A DNA stretch of 64,000 nt, from NCBI RefSeq assembly GCF_006345805.1, contig NC_043010.1, positions 19,778,001 through 19,842,000 on the forward strand, read 5' to 3'. Shown one piece after another: positions 36,985-51,399 of the stretch. The position numbers and the translations under genes are program-made. The stretch's first letter is position 1; every line of letters begins with the position of its first letter. Source of the DNA: Octopus sinensis (taxonomy: Eukaryota). The notes below the pieces were generated by a model, which worked only from the letters and a program-made list of their open reading frames with translations, did no database searches and was not told the DNA's origin.

Positions 36985-37495
36985 CTTTGCACAGATTCTA
37001 GCGCTGGAGATGTACTACAGAGTCAGTTGTTCACTACCAGTGAACTAAGGTAACACCTCTTATTTTTCGAACACCTTCTGGAGTATTCGAGCAGTTCCAA
37101 GCAGTGCTGTTTTCTGCAAGAACTCCACCCTTATTGCAGCCCCTATTTGTTCCACGTACTTCTCAAAATTTTTGTTCAGTTCCCAGGGCTCCAACAATTA
37201 TTGGTACTACTGCTACCGTTTTCATCGACCACAACTGCTTAACTGCCCAAGCTAACCTGTCATATCTCTCGACTTTTCTTTCTTCCTTATTGCATACCTT
37301 GTCATCAGCTGGGCATGATATATCTATGATCCAACATCGTTTCTTTTCTTTCTCAATTAAGACTATGTCCGGCTTCCTATTCTCTATCTCATGGTCGCAC
37401 CGAATTATAAAATCCCATAGAATCTTTGCATTTCTATTCTCGACAATGCCTTCCAGTTTGTGGTCATACCAATTTTTTGCTCTGCCAAGTCCATA
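36985..37495 (-). mobile_element. RLE-type (R4/Dong-like) non-LTR element, 5'-truncated, in (TAA)n
   Basis: KNWYDHKLEGIVENRNAKILWDF...RKPDIVLIEK...IIDISCPAD...KVERY...VPIIVGALG...LQKTALLGTARILQKVFEK*; (TAA)n on both sides. Confidence 0.85.
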
Positions 37496-37496
37496 C

Positions 37497-37528
<32 letters not shown>

Positions 37529-39165
37529 TCTTTACTTGTCACAAGGATAATGGTCGAGAGAACGTTACAAGGACAAATTAGAAAGATGGTGGGTGTTTAC
37601 ATGGAATCAAATGAGAAAACCACAAGCATGGAACACAATGCTACACATAATTTCTGATATTAATCAATATATGATAATGAGAGGAGTCACATATATCCTC
37701 TGTAGATAGTTGGAACTTAAGATAAAATCTGACATTAAGGGGGTCTAAACTCAGAGCCCCACCAAGAGCAACCTTGCTTTTCGTCCTTCTAGAGTTGATA
37801 AAATACCTGCTAAGAGTTGGGGTCCTTATAAATTACTTGCCCCATCTTCCTCAAAGAACATTGTTTGTACAAGTAAAGAAGATACACCTGAGTGAATAAA
37901 CACCTGATAGTTATCCCAGTAATTGCAAGTGAGGAATGAACACCTAATAGACAAGTTAGTCTAGTAATTGCAGGTAAGGTGGGAATACCTGATAGATAAG
38001 TTATTCTAATAATCCCGGGTTAGGGGATAACACCTGATAGTTATCCTAGTAATCACAAGTAAGGGGATATCACAAGGAAAAATTGTTATCATCATCAGGT
38101 TTTAAGTCCAGAACCAAGAAAAGTGGTGAGTCTGAAACTAGAGAAAGATGATGATGATAAACAAATGAAACAAAAACGGTAAAATGTAGCTCACTTGAAT
38201 CGCTTAAATGTGAAATATACTGCATCGGCAGCAGCAGCAAATGTGTGTGTGTCCTTTACGTGGTCACTGAAACAAACAGAACTAGTAGTCTGGTCTTTTC
38301 TATGCATCTTAAAAAGAGGAAGGACACATTGAATAACGTTGTCATGGATATATTATTTGAATAAGACAGGTTGGTCATGGGTAGAATGTCTTAGATTACA
38401 GATCTGTTTAATCAAGCTGACCCAAGGTTAAACAGCAGCAGCAACACTAAGCCATTGAGAAAATCTCTACCTGGTCACTCAACCTGGGAGAAATAACAGC
38501 CAACTCTGACTCATATTACACTCTATCTTCTTCAGAAAAGGACAAGTGTGAAGGAGAGAGACAGGATGGCCAAGGCTGGAAGAATACCTTTTGACCATCC
38601 ACCTGATCTGACACTAAACAACAACAACAACATTAGTAACAGCGTGAACAACAAGGTAATGTTTAACAGACGTGGAAGGGAAGGTTACATTCCATTAGTA
38701 AGAAGAACAAAAATATCAAGAGTTAGTGAGGGAGGCAAAGAGAAAGAATAAGAAAGAGAGAACGTGTTAGAGAGAGAGGCTGAGGTGCATGAAAGAGGGA
38801 GGGTATTTGTGAGAGCCTACCTTTACAGGCTGGGGTTGTATGTGCTGCACTATGAAACCATTGCTCAGTTGGAAAATGGTTTGAATTCGGGATTGTGGCA
38901 CGTCTGTGTCCGCCTGCAAAAGCGAGAAGTGCTGGGTCTCACCAAAGTCTGTTGGCTTTGGGGTATTGGGGGTGGGTGTCAAGTGAGAAAGTTGCAGCAG
39001 TAGTTGTGTGGTGGTGGTGTTGGTGTAGGACATGAACACAGTATGGTGAAGGTGGATATGGAGAGTTTGTTAATGGGAGGTAGTAGTGTTAGTAGAGTCA
39101 GTTGCAGGAGAGGAGAAAAAAGACAAGGAGACAATTGGCAAAGTAGAAGAAGAGAGAGGGAAAGA

Positions 39166-40592
39166 ACTAAAAAGTGACTGAGGGAGATTATATACATGGA
39201 GGGAGAGAGAGAGGGGAGGAGAGAACTAAAGAGTGACTGAGGGAGATTATATACAGAGAGAGAGAGAGGGAGAGTACTAAAGAGTGACTGAGGGAGATTA
39301 TATACAGAGAGAGAGAGAGGAAGAGTACTAAGGAGTGACTGAGGGAGATTATATACAGAGAGAGAGAGGGAGAGTACTAAAGAGTGACTGAGGGAGATTA
39401 TATACAGAGAGAGAGAGAGAGGGAGAGTACTAAAGAGTGACTGAGGGAGATTATATACAGAGAGAGAGGAAGAGTACTAAAGAATGACTGAGGGAGATTA
39501 TATACAGAGAGAGAGAGAGGGAGAGTACTAAAGAGTGACTGAGGGAGATTATATACAGAGAGAGAGGAAGAGTACTAAAGAGTGACTGAGGGAGATTATA
39601 TACAGAGAGAGAGGAAGAGTACTAAAGAGTGACTGAGGGAGATTATATACAGAGAGAGAGAGAGGGAGAGTACTAAAGAGTGACTGAGGGAGATTATATA
39701 CAGAGAGGGAGAGTACTAAAGAGTGACTGAGGGAGATTATATACAGAGAGAGAGAGAGAGAGGGAGAGTACTAAAGAGTGACTGAGGGAGATTATATACA
39801 GAGAGAGAGAGAGGGAGAGTACTAAAGAGTGACTGAGGGAGATTATATACAGAGAGAGAGAGTACTAAAGAGTGACTGAGGGAGATTATATACAGAGAGA
39901 GAGAGAGGGAGAGTACTAAAGAGTGACTGAGGGAGATTATATACAGAGAGAGAGGAAGAGTACTAAAGAGTGACTGAGGGAGATTATATACAGAGAGAGA
40001 GAGAGGGAGAGTACTAAAGAGTGACTGAGGGAGATTATATACAGAGAGAGAGGGAGAGTACTAAAGAGTGACTGAGGGAGATTATATACAGAGAGAGAGA
40101 GAGTACTAAAGAGTGACTGAGGGAGATTATATACAGAGAGGGAGAGTACTAAAGAGTGACTGAGGGAGATTATATACAGAGAGAGAGGGAGGGAGAGTAC
40201 TAAAGAGTGACTGAGGGAGATTATATACAGAGAGGGAGAGTACTAAAGAGTGACTGAGGGAGATTATATACAGAGAGAGAGAAAGGGAGAGTACTAAAGA
40301 GTGACTGAGGGAGATTATATACAGAGAGAGAGAGAGAGGAAGAGTACTAAAGAGTGACTGAGGGAGATTATATACAGAGAGAGAGGGAGAGTACTAAAGA
40401 GTGACTGAGGGAGATTATATACAGAGAGAGAGAGAGAGGAAGAGTACTAAAGAGTGACTGAGGGAGATTATATACAGAGAGAGAGGGAGCGTACTAAAGA
40501 GTAACTGATGGAGATTATATACAGAAAGAGAGAGGGGGGAGACTAAAGAGTGACTGAGGGTGATTATATATATATACATAGAGAGAGAGAGA
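39166..40592. repeat. Compound minisatellite, about 29 units of a 35-bp core plus variable (GA)n
   Basis: Core GAGTACTAAAGAGTGACTGAGGGAGATTATATACA, units counted by eye. Confidence 0.95.
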
Positions 40593-41446
40593 AATGTAAA
40601 GTTCTTAGCAGCATACAGCATAGCCACATTAATAATAGCAATTATAAATAAAGGAATGATAACTTCATTATTTCTGCCCAATTTTTCTTTTTAATACACT
40701 CGCATACGCACACAATCATAAGGCTGATTGGTAAAGAAGTTTGCTTCCCACCAGATAGTTCTGGTTTCAACCCCACATTCAACACCTAGGGCAAGTATCT
40801 TCTACAATGGTCCAGAGTCAATCAAAGCCTTATAAATGGATTCGATGGACAGAAACTGAAAGAAGCCCGTTGTACATGTGAGTTTTTATATCTTCTGAAA
40901 ATCGCTGAGCTACATGTGGTGATGTCATTGTCATCCCCCATTGGCTTTGTACCTTAGAAAAACATACAGAATAAGGAGATCCTTACTTGAAAAACTGGCA
41001 AAGGTTAGCAACAAGAAGGGTGTCCAGTTGCAAAACAATGCCTTAATAATAATATTCATTTAACCCAGTGATTCCCAAACATTTTTGGCACCAAACATTT
41101 GGAACAATGCTGTGCTGATGATACATAATGAGGCAGAAACCTGTATTCACAACTATTCTGTTTCTTTAGAAAAAAACCAAAAAAAAACTGACCATCTTTC
41201 CCTTAATGGCACATCAGTTGCAAAGAACCGATTATTTGTCTCTCTTCCTTATTTAGAATCACATTTGTCACTACATGTGTATTTACTTTCTCCCTGAGCA
41301 AAGACAGTTTCAATACATCAAGACTTTATCATGTATAGTCTACAGTGTATATCTCTGTTTTTGTTGTCAAAATAGATATCAGTTGCCACACTTATCTAGT
41401 TCGTTTTCATTTCATGCATGCACATGCACACACACACACACACAGA

Positions 41447-41634
41447 GGCATGGCTGTGTGGTAAGAAGTTAGGTGCAGGTGTGGTTGCGTGGTAAGAAGC
41501 TTGCTTGCCAACCACATGGTTCCAGGCTCAGTCTCACTGCATGGCACCTTGAACAAGTGCCTTCTTATATAAGCACAGGCTGACCAAAGCCTTGTGAGTG
41601 TATTTCGTAGATGGAAACTGAAAGAAGCCCATCT

Positions 41635-41668
<34 letters not shown>

Positions 41669-41905
41669 CATATATATATATGCATGTGTGTGTGTATGTA
41701 TTTGTGTGTCTGTGTTTGTTCTCCCACCATCGCTTGACAACCGATGTTGGTGTGTTTACATTCCTGTAATTTAGTTTGGTAAAAGAAACCGATAGAATAA
41801 GTACTAGGTTTACAAAGACTAAATCCTGGGGTTGATTTGTTTGACTAAAGGTGGTGCTCCAGCATGGTCACAGTCAAATGACTGAAACAAGTAAAAGAAT
41901 AAAAG
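41447..41905 (+). mobile_element. SINE family A copy
   Basis: Family A head (short head repeat at 41447-41500), internal (TA)n(TG)n, tail. Confidence 0.85.
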
Positions 41906-43659
41906 ATATATATATAGAGAGAGGGAGTAAAAAGTAGGTAGGAAGTATATAGAGTGTACTCATTTTACTCAATTAGTACACAGAGCCATGACATGATGAA
42001 CAATAGACACATAGGAGTAGTGGGGGAGGGGGAGATGACTACATGAAGTTGATAATATCTGTTACCAAGGTCACATGAATGGGGGACAGAGGAGAGGGCA
42101 GCTGTAACGAGGGGGTGGATATAGTAAGTAATGGTAGGGTAGCAGGAGATGGTAGGAGTATAGTGTGGTGGATATTGTGGTGGTGGATAGAGTAAAGGAA
42201 ATATGGTCAAAGTCAGTCAAATTATTATCTCTGTTGACAACAAACGATTTCTCTCTGTGAAAGAAAAAAACTGAGTAAGGTTTGTGTATAAAATGCGACA
42301 CTGCTACATGGTAGGGAGGTATGTGGGGGCATTGAATGTGGAAAGTTTGTGGCATGTGGGAAGAAAGAGATAGTGTATGTATGATCAGAAGATGTGTAAT
42401 GTTTACCCACATGAAAGGTGAAACACACTGAATTGATTTGTTGGGGCAGAGGGACTGGTTAGAAAAGGTTTTGGCTGATGTCCAGGGAACAAACGACTCT
42501 TGGTCTGGACATGTAATATGAATGGACAATGGGTGCTGAGTACAAAAAGTGACATGAGGGTATTGCAGTAAAAAGCCACCATGACTGACAAAGACATGGA
42601 GGAAAGTGGTGAAACTCCGATCTCTGAATGTGAATTCACAGAGGAGAGTGTCACGGAACTGAAGAGAATGGCACCTATCTTATTGTATAATCCCATCCAA
42701 TCAAATGCCACTATTAACTACCATATTATTTCTTGTTCACTGAATCAACAGTCCAATGTCACAATTACCAGCCACGTTATGAGCTGTTGGCAGAATTAGC
42801 AGTAAAAACAATGTCCTTCTTTATCTTTTCTATCATTATCTCGAAAAAGATTCTTTTTCCATTCACCTTTCCATGCTGGCTTGGACTGGCTGAAGATTAT
42901 CTGTTTTAAGTAAGTGATTTTTTTTTTATTCCGTTGGTTGTCATAAGCTGAAAACGCACAGCTAAAGGATTTACTGTTTACAAGGGAGGTAAATATGAGA
43001 AGATCGTTTTGCTCCAACCATGTCAAGCCACACCCAAAGGTAAACATTCAGACACACAAACACTTTCGCACTCACAGACACGCACACATACATACATATG
43101 ATGAGCATCCATACAGTTTCCATCTTGCAATTTCACTTACAAGGCTCAAGCTGGGGCTAGAACAGAAGACACCTGACTGAGGTAACAAAATCCAAAACCA
43201 CAGGACCATGAAGTCCCTCTCCAGCCTAAGCCTTGCAGAACAATTTGGTTTTACTCGATTAAAACCTCTGAGATTCCACTTTCAGGATCAGGAATTAAGG
43301 AAATGCAATCTTTCATATCTTAGATTATAAACACACCTCCACAAGAGTATGTGACCCAGCTGTCATCAAAAGGGACAGGCACCACATAAAAAGCACTCAT
43401 GCTGGCACCACATGGAAAGTGCCCATGCTGGTGCCACATAAAAAGCTACCAGTGCTCTGTAAAGTAACTGGCATTAGGGAGGGCATCCAGCTGTAGAAAC
43501 CCTGCCAAAACAGATAATTGGAGCCTAGTGCAGCTCTCCAACTTTCCAGCTCTTGTCAAACCATCCAACCCATGCCAGCACGGAAAACAGATGATGTAGA
43601 TAAAATGTGTGTGATTTTGGCTACTGAGTTTGTGTTGAGTGGGAACAGGGCAATACTAA

Positions 43660-44018
43660 ACGTACCTATTTCTTTACTACCCACAAGGGGCTAAACATAG
43701 AGATGACAAACAAGGACAGACAAATGGATTAAGTCAATTATATCGACCCCAGTGCGTAACTGGTACTTAATTTATTGACCCCAAAAGGATGAAAGGCAAA
43801 GTCGACCTCGGCGGAATTTGAACTCAGAACATAACAGCAGACGAAATACGGCTACGCATTTCGCCCGGCATGCTAACGTTTCTGCCAGCTCACCACCTTC
43901 GAAAGGATGAAAGGCAAAGTTGACCTCGGCGGAATTTGAACTCAGAACATAACGGCAGACGAGATACGGCTACGCATTTCACCCGGCATGCTAACGTTTC
44001 TGCCAGCTCGCCGCCTTA
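43660..44018 (-). mobile_element. Young family B SINE with tandemly duplicated ~118-bp head
   Basis: 43783-43900 and 43901-44018 near-identical and CpG-rich. Confidence 0.85.
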
Positions 44019-44536
44019 ACGTACCATGATAGCAACTAAGAGATCTTGGTTTAACACCCACTTAAAACTATCTTTTCATATGTCCTTCCCATCTGCATTC
44101 ACACTTATTTACATATAAAATGGTATATTGTCATTTAGTAGTCCTTAAGAGAAAAGACTAATGTATGAAAGATATGCTAATATATTTGTTCTTCAACTGG
44201 TACTCGTTTGACATGAATTGCTTGATTTATGTCAACGAGGCACAGTGTCAACACATATAAAAGTGTGAGTGAATATTCACTCTTATACAGTGGTATGCAG
44301 ACATGTAAACTAAAGGGTGTGTGTAAGGGGGGATGTCCTGCTTACACATACCCCCTTATTCTCTTATTATGAGTATACTGTTGCGTCTGTGCATGCAATT
44401 GCTTTTATGTCTGTATACATGCAAATTACATGTGTATATAAATGTGAAGTGTGTGTGTGTGTGTGTGTGTGTGTGTTCAGCTTTGTCTTTGCATATGTGA
44501 GATATGGTGTGTAAGCATGCATGTATGTATGTGTGT

Positions 44537-44573
<37 letters not shown>

Positions 44574-44590
44574 TACACTATATATCGTAT

Positions 44591-44636
<46 letters not shown>

Positions 44637-44638
<2 letters not shown>

Positions 44639-44911
44639 GTCATACGATATATAGTGTATATTTAAACACATAAGGAATCTACTTATAGGAATTCTACACG
44701 CTAGAAAGAACAGCTAGGTTCTATAACTAAGATCAGAAGCCAATTGGTCCAGGAAACTAGATGGTAAAAATGTTTTTCATTTTTCAATTTGTTCCTGTCG
44801 AATTTTATCCCTAATTTTTGTGGTTATAGAACCTAGCTGTTCTTTCTAGTGTGTAGAATTCCTATAAGTGGATTCCTTATGTGTTTAAATATACACTATA
44901 TCATATGACTA
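44637..44911. mobile_element. Fold-back element/MITE with ~90-bp TIRs
   Basis: 44637-44727 versus 44823-44911 are reverse complements; inserted in (TA)n. Confidence 0.85.
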
Positions 44912-45000
44912 ATACATAGTCTTTTTGACTAAATCTTTTACACGTTAGACCACTGGAAATGTAAATTTTAATTAATTTCCATTCCCCTTTGATATGATTA

Positions 45001-45042
<42 letters not shown>

Positions 45043-45267
45043 ATGTATATAGGGGTGCTGATGACAATATTAGCTATGTGCAATGAACAGTAAATTAAAA
45101 GAAGTGGGATGAAGTGGAAGTGTGGTGGGAGAGAGAGATGGAGGTGTGGTGGGAGAGGAAGTGAAGAAGTGGTAAAAATGAGGGTGGGGCATGGGTGAAA
45201 ACGTTGAGTGAAAATGTGGGAAGAAGTGTGAGTGGAAGCATAGGTGGAAATGTGGTGAATACATTAC

Positions 45268-45392
45268 CAAGTCAGTGTGGCTATCCAAACAATCTGAAGA
45301 AGACATACACCTCTTTTTGCACCAGGAACATTTCTCATAATTGGACAGACAACTCCTGCAGTTCTTGATCTTGGAACACATGATGATATCAT
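45268..45392 (-). CDS. ATRN: Attractin exon w10: PSI
   Basis: tatttcag|AT GAT...TTG|gtaatg; DIIMCSKIKNCRSCLSNYEKCSWCKKRCMSSSDCLDSHTDL; phase 1/0. Confidence 0.88.
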
Positions 45393-45619
45393 CTGAAATA
45401 GTACAGAGGCACACACACAAAAATATATATCATTCACTGTCCATCATATACATATATATCTACAGATGTAAACATGCACACATATATGAACATGTGTGTG
45501 TGTATGTATGCACACACACACGCACGTATATGAAAAACTGAACAGCGAAAGTGCTTATACTATAAGCAAACTTCATTTCAAATGGTTCATATCATAATGT
45601 TTACAAAATCTTTTACGTG

Positions 45620-45650
<31 letters not shown>

Positions 45651-45757
45651 TGCGTGCGTGTATTAGTTAGATATTTAACCAATTGACTAACAATAAAGAA
45701 GTGATATTAAACGAGTGTGTGTGTGTTTATTATTGACATAATGACCATCCCAAGACA

Positions 45758-45804
<47 letters not shown>

Positions 45805-46260
45805 GAGATGTACTTGCATAGCAAGTAACTTGATCTGAGATGGTGTGCTGAAACAAAAACAATTGCAATATGAAAGGTATTTATAAGTCATTTAAAAACA
45901 CACAAAAAAATACCATTAAATTTAAATTTAATTTGTGTCAAAATATAGAGATGCAGCACAAAGTTTTGTCATGGTTTCAAAGTGACGAAAATATTTTGAC
46001 ACAAATTAAATTTAAATGTTGAAGTGAATCTAATGGTTTTTTGTGTGTTTTTAAATGGCTTACCTTATTCTCTTATATGTAAGTAACATTCCACTAAACT
46101 TTGTACGACTTCAACACTCTCTCTCACATTTCTTTGCCTTTCTTACTTTGTACTTCACTGTCCCTGTCTTTCTTTTTTCTCACCAATCATTGGCACGCTC
46201 TCTTTCTTCTCTCCCTCCTTAATTCCATGTTCCTCTTTTTCTCTCTCTTCTCCCCCTCCT

Positions 46261-46574
46261 ATACATATATATATATATACATACATACATATACATACAT
46301 ATACATACATATACACATATATATATATATACATACATACATATACATACATATACACATATATATATATATATACATACATACATATACATACATATAC
46401 ACATATATATATATATACATATACACATATATATACATATACACATATATATATATATACATATACACATATATACATATACACATATATTATATATATA
46501 TATATATATATACATATACACATATATATATATATACATATATACAAATATATATATATATATATACATATCAC

Positions 46575-46605
<31 letters not shown>

Positions 46606-46751
46606 TATATATATATATATAATACATATCATCATCGTCGTTTACGTCCGTTCTAAACGACGATGATGATATGTATATATATATATATGTGTATATGTGT
46701 ATATATATACATATATATATATATACATATACACATATATATATACATATA

Positions 46752-46785
<34 letters not shown>

Positions 46786-46816
46786 CACATATATATATAT
46801 GTATATATACACATAT

Positions 46817-46853
<37 letters not shown>

Positions 46854-47006
46854 TATATACATATACATACATATACACATATACACATATATATATATAT
46901 ATATATATACATATACACACACATTATATATATATATATAACATATACATACATATACCACATATACACATATATATATATATATAATATATATTAACAT
47001 ATACAC

Positions 47007-47037
<31 letters not shown>

Positions 47038-47123
47038 TATATATTATATAGACTACATATATATATACATATACATACATATACACATATATATATATAT
47101 ATATATATACATATATAATACAT

Positions 47124-47180
<57 letters not shown>

Positions 47181-47193
47181 TATATACATATAC

Positions 47194-47229
<36 letters not shown>

Positions 47230-48117
47230 TTATATATACCATAATATATATATACATATATATATATACATATACATAGATATATCATAATATATATATA
47301 CATACATATATATATATAATATATAACATAATATTACATATATATATTACATATACTACATATATATATATATATACATATATATATACATATATATTAA
47401 TACATATTATATCATATTATATATATACATACATATATATATACATATACATACATATATACATACATATATATATATATACATACATATATATATATAC
47501 ATACATATTATATACATACATATATACATACATATCATATATATATATATACATATATATATACATATATATATATATTAATACATATATATATACATAC
47601 ATATAACATAATATATATATACATATACATACATATATATATATACTTACATACATATATATATACATAACTATATACATATATATATATATATACATAA
47701 CATTATATATATATACACATATATATATAACATATATATATACACACATATATTATATACATATATATATACTATATATATTACATAATATATATACATA
47801 ACATATATACATATATATATTACATACATATATATATACATAAATATTATATTATTATATATACATATATATATTATTATACAATATATATATAATTATA
47901 TATATATATATATCATATATACATATATATACACATATATACATATATATACATATAACATATATATATACATATATACATATATATAATATATACATAT
48001 ATATATATATACATACATTATACATATTATATTATACATACATAATACATATATATATATATACATACATATATACATATATATATATATACATACATAT
48101 ATACATTAATATATATA

Positions 48118-48179
<62 letters not shown>

Positions 48180-48232
48180 CACATACATATACATATATAT
48201 AATATATAACATACATATACACAATATACATA

Positions 48233-48263
<31 letters not shown>

Positions 48264-48382
48264 CACATATATATATATATATATACACACATATATATAT
48301 ATATATTATATACATATATATATACATATACATACATATACATATATATATATATATATATATACATATATATATACATATA

Positions 48383-48430
<48 letters not shown>

Positions 48431-48452
48431 TATATATATACATATACATAAC

Positions 48453-48485
<33 letters not shown>

Positions 48486-49144
48486 TATATACATATACAT
48501 TACATATATAATATACATATATATATATACATATAATATATATATACATATATATATATATACATATATTATATATATATATATATATACATATATATAT
48601 ACATATATATATATACATATACATTACATATATATATATATATACATATATATATACATATATAATATATATAATATATATATACATATATAATATATAC
48701 ATATACCATATATATATACATATAATACATATATACATACATATATATATATCATTAACATACATATATATATATAATACATAATATATACATACATATA
48801 TACAATACATATACATACTATATATATATACATATATATATACATATATAGATATATATACATACTATATATATACATTAATATATATACATATATATAT
48901 ACATATACATACATATATATATACATATCATACATAATATATAACAATATATATCATATATATATATATATACATACATATATATATAACACATATATAT
49001 ATATATACATATATATATACCACATATATATATATACATATATATATACTATATATACATATAATATATATACATACATATATACATATATATATATACA
49101 TACATTATATATTAATATACATCATATTATATATATATATATAC

Positions 49145-49175
<31 letters not shown>

Positions 49176-49469
49176 CATATATACATATATATACACATAT
49201 ATACATAATTATACATATATACATATATATATACATATATAGATACATATATATACATATACATAATATATATATACATACATATATACATATAGAATAT
49301 ACATACATATTATACATATATATATATATACATACATATATATACATATATTATATATACATACATATATACATATATATATATATACATACATATATAC
49401 ATATATATATAATATACATAATATATACATATATATATATATACACATACATATATACATAATATATTA

Positions 49470-49501
<32 letters not shown>

Positions 49502-49648
49502 CACATACATATATACATATATATATATACATACATATATACATATTATATATACATACATTTATACATATATATATATATACATATATATATATAATAC
49601 TATATACATATAATTATATACATATATATATATATACATATATAATAT

Positions 49649-49687
<39 letters not shown>

Positions 49688-49785
49688 ACATATATATATA
49701 CATACATATATACATACATATACATACATATATAATATACATATATATATACATATATATATTATATACATATATATTACATATA

Positions 49786-49821
<36 letters not shown>

Positions 49822-49886
49822 CATACATATATATATACATAATACATACATATATTATATACATATACATACATATATATATATAC

Positions 49887-49919
<33 letters not shown>

Positions 49920-50979
49920 ATCTATATATATATATACACATATATATATATACATATAGATATACATTATATATTACATATATCTATATATACATACATA
50001 TATACATATAATATTATACATACATATATATATACATATACATACAATATATATATATATATACATATAATATATACATATATAATATATATATACATAT
50101 ATACATATATATACACATATTATACATATATATACATATATATATATATACATACATATATACATATATTATATATATACATACATATATACATATATAT
50201 ATATATACATACATATATACATATATATATATACATCATATATACATATATATATATATACATACATATATACATATATATATATATACATACATATATA
50301 CATATATATATATACATACATATATACATATATTATATATATATACATCATATATACATATATATATATATACATACATATATACATATATTATATATAC
50401 ATATATATATATACATACATATATATTATATATATATATATATATACATATATAATACATATATATATACATATCATACATATATATATATATATACATA
50501 TACATACATATATATATATATATATACATATACATACATATATATATATATAACATATACATACATATATATATATACATATATTAATATTTATACATAC
50601 ATATATATATATTATATATATACTATATATACATACATATAATATACATAACATACATATATATATACATATACATATATTACATATACATATATATATA
50701 CATATACATATATATATAATATACATATATATATACATATACATATATATATATACATTATAATATATATATACATATACATATATATATATATACATAT
50801 ACATATTATATATATATACATATACATATATATATACATATACATATAATATATATACATATATATATATACATATACATATATATATACATATACATAT
50901 ATATACATACATATATATATATATATATAATATACATATATATACATAAATACATATATATACATACATATACATATAT

Positions 50980-51014
<35 letters not shown>

Positions 51015-51284
51015 TATATATATATACATATACATACAACATATACATATATATATATATATATTATATATATATATATTACTAATATCATATATATACA
51101 TACATTACATATATATATATATATATATACATACATATACATATACATATATATACATATATATATATATATACATACATATATATATACATATATATAT
51201 GTATACATACATATATATATACATATATATATGTATATATATACATATATATATACATATATATACACATATACATATATATAC

Positions 51285-51315
<31 letters not shown>

Positions 51316-51350
51316 TATAAATATATATATATGTACACACACACATATAA
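46261..51350. repeat. ~5.1 kb TA/TACA/CATA cryptic satellite in intron w9-w10
   Basis: Directly visible; almost G-free on the + strand. Confidence 0.95.
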
Positions 51351-51399
51351 GCACCTCATAGTATATTTGTAAAGTTTGCTTTTCCTCCTTTTCTAAACA

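Noticed and set aside
39166-40592. CRISPR-like repeat-spacer array
   Set aside because: The spacers are only (GA)n length variants, there are no cas genes and the context is a eukaryotic intron.
42867-42947. 81-nt pseudo-exon with AG/GT ends
   Set aside because: Stop in the required phase-0 frame, contains an A10 run and lies among repeat fragments.
46101-51359. Dozens of Y/I/C/M/V-rich ORFs (also 20957-21908 and similar)
   Set aside because: Translations of TA-based microsatellites; no splice context or protein features.
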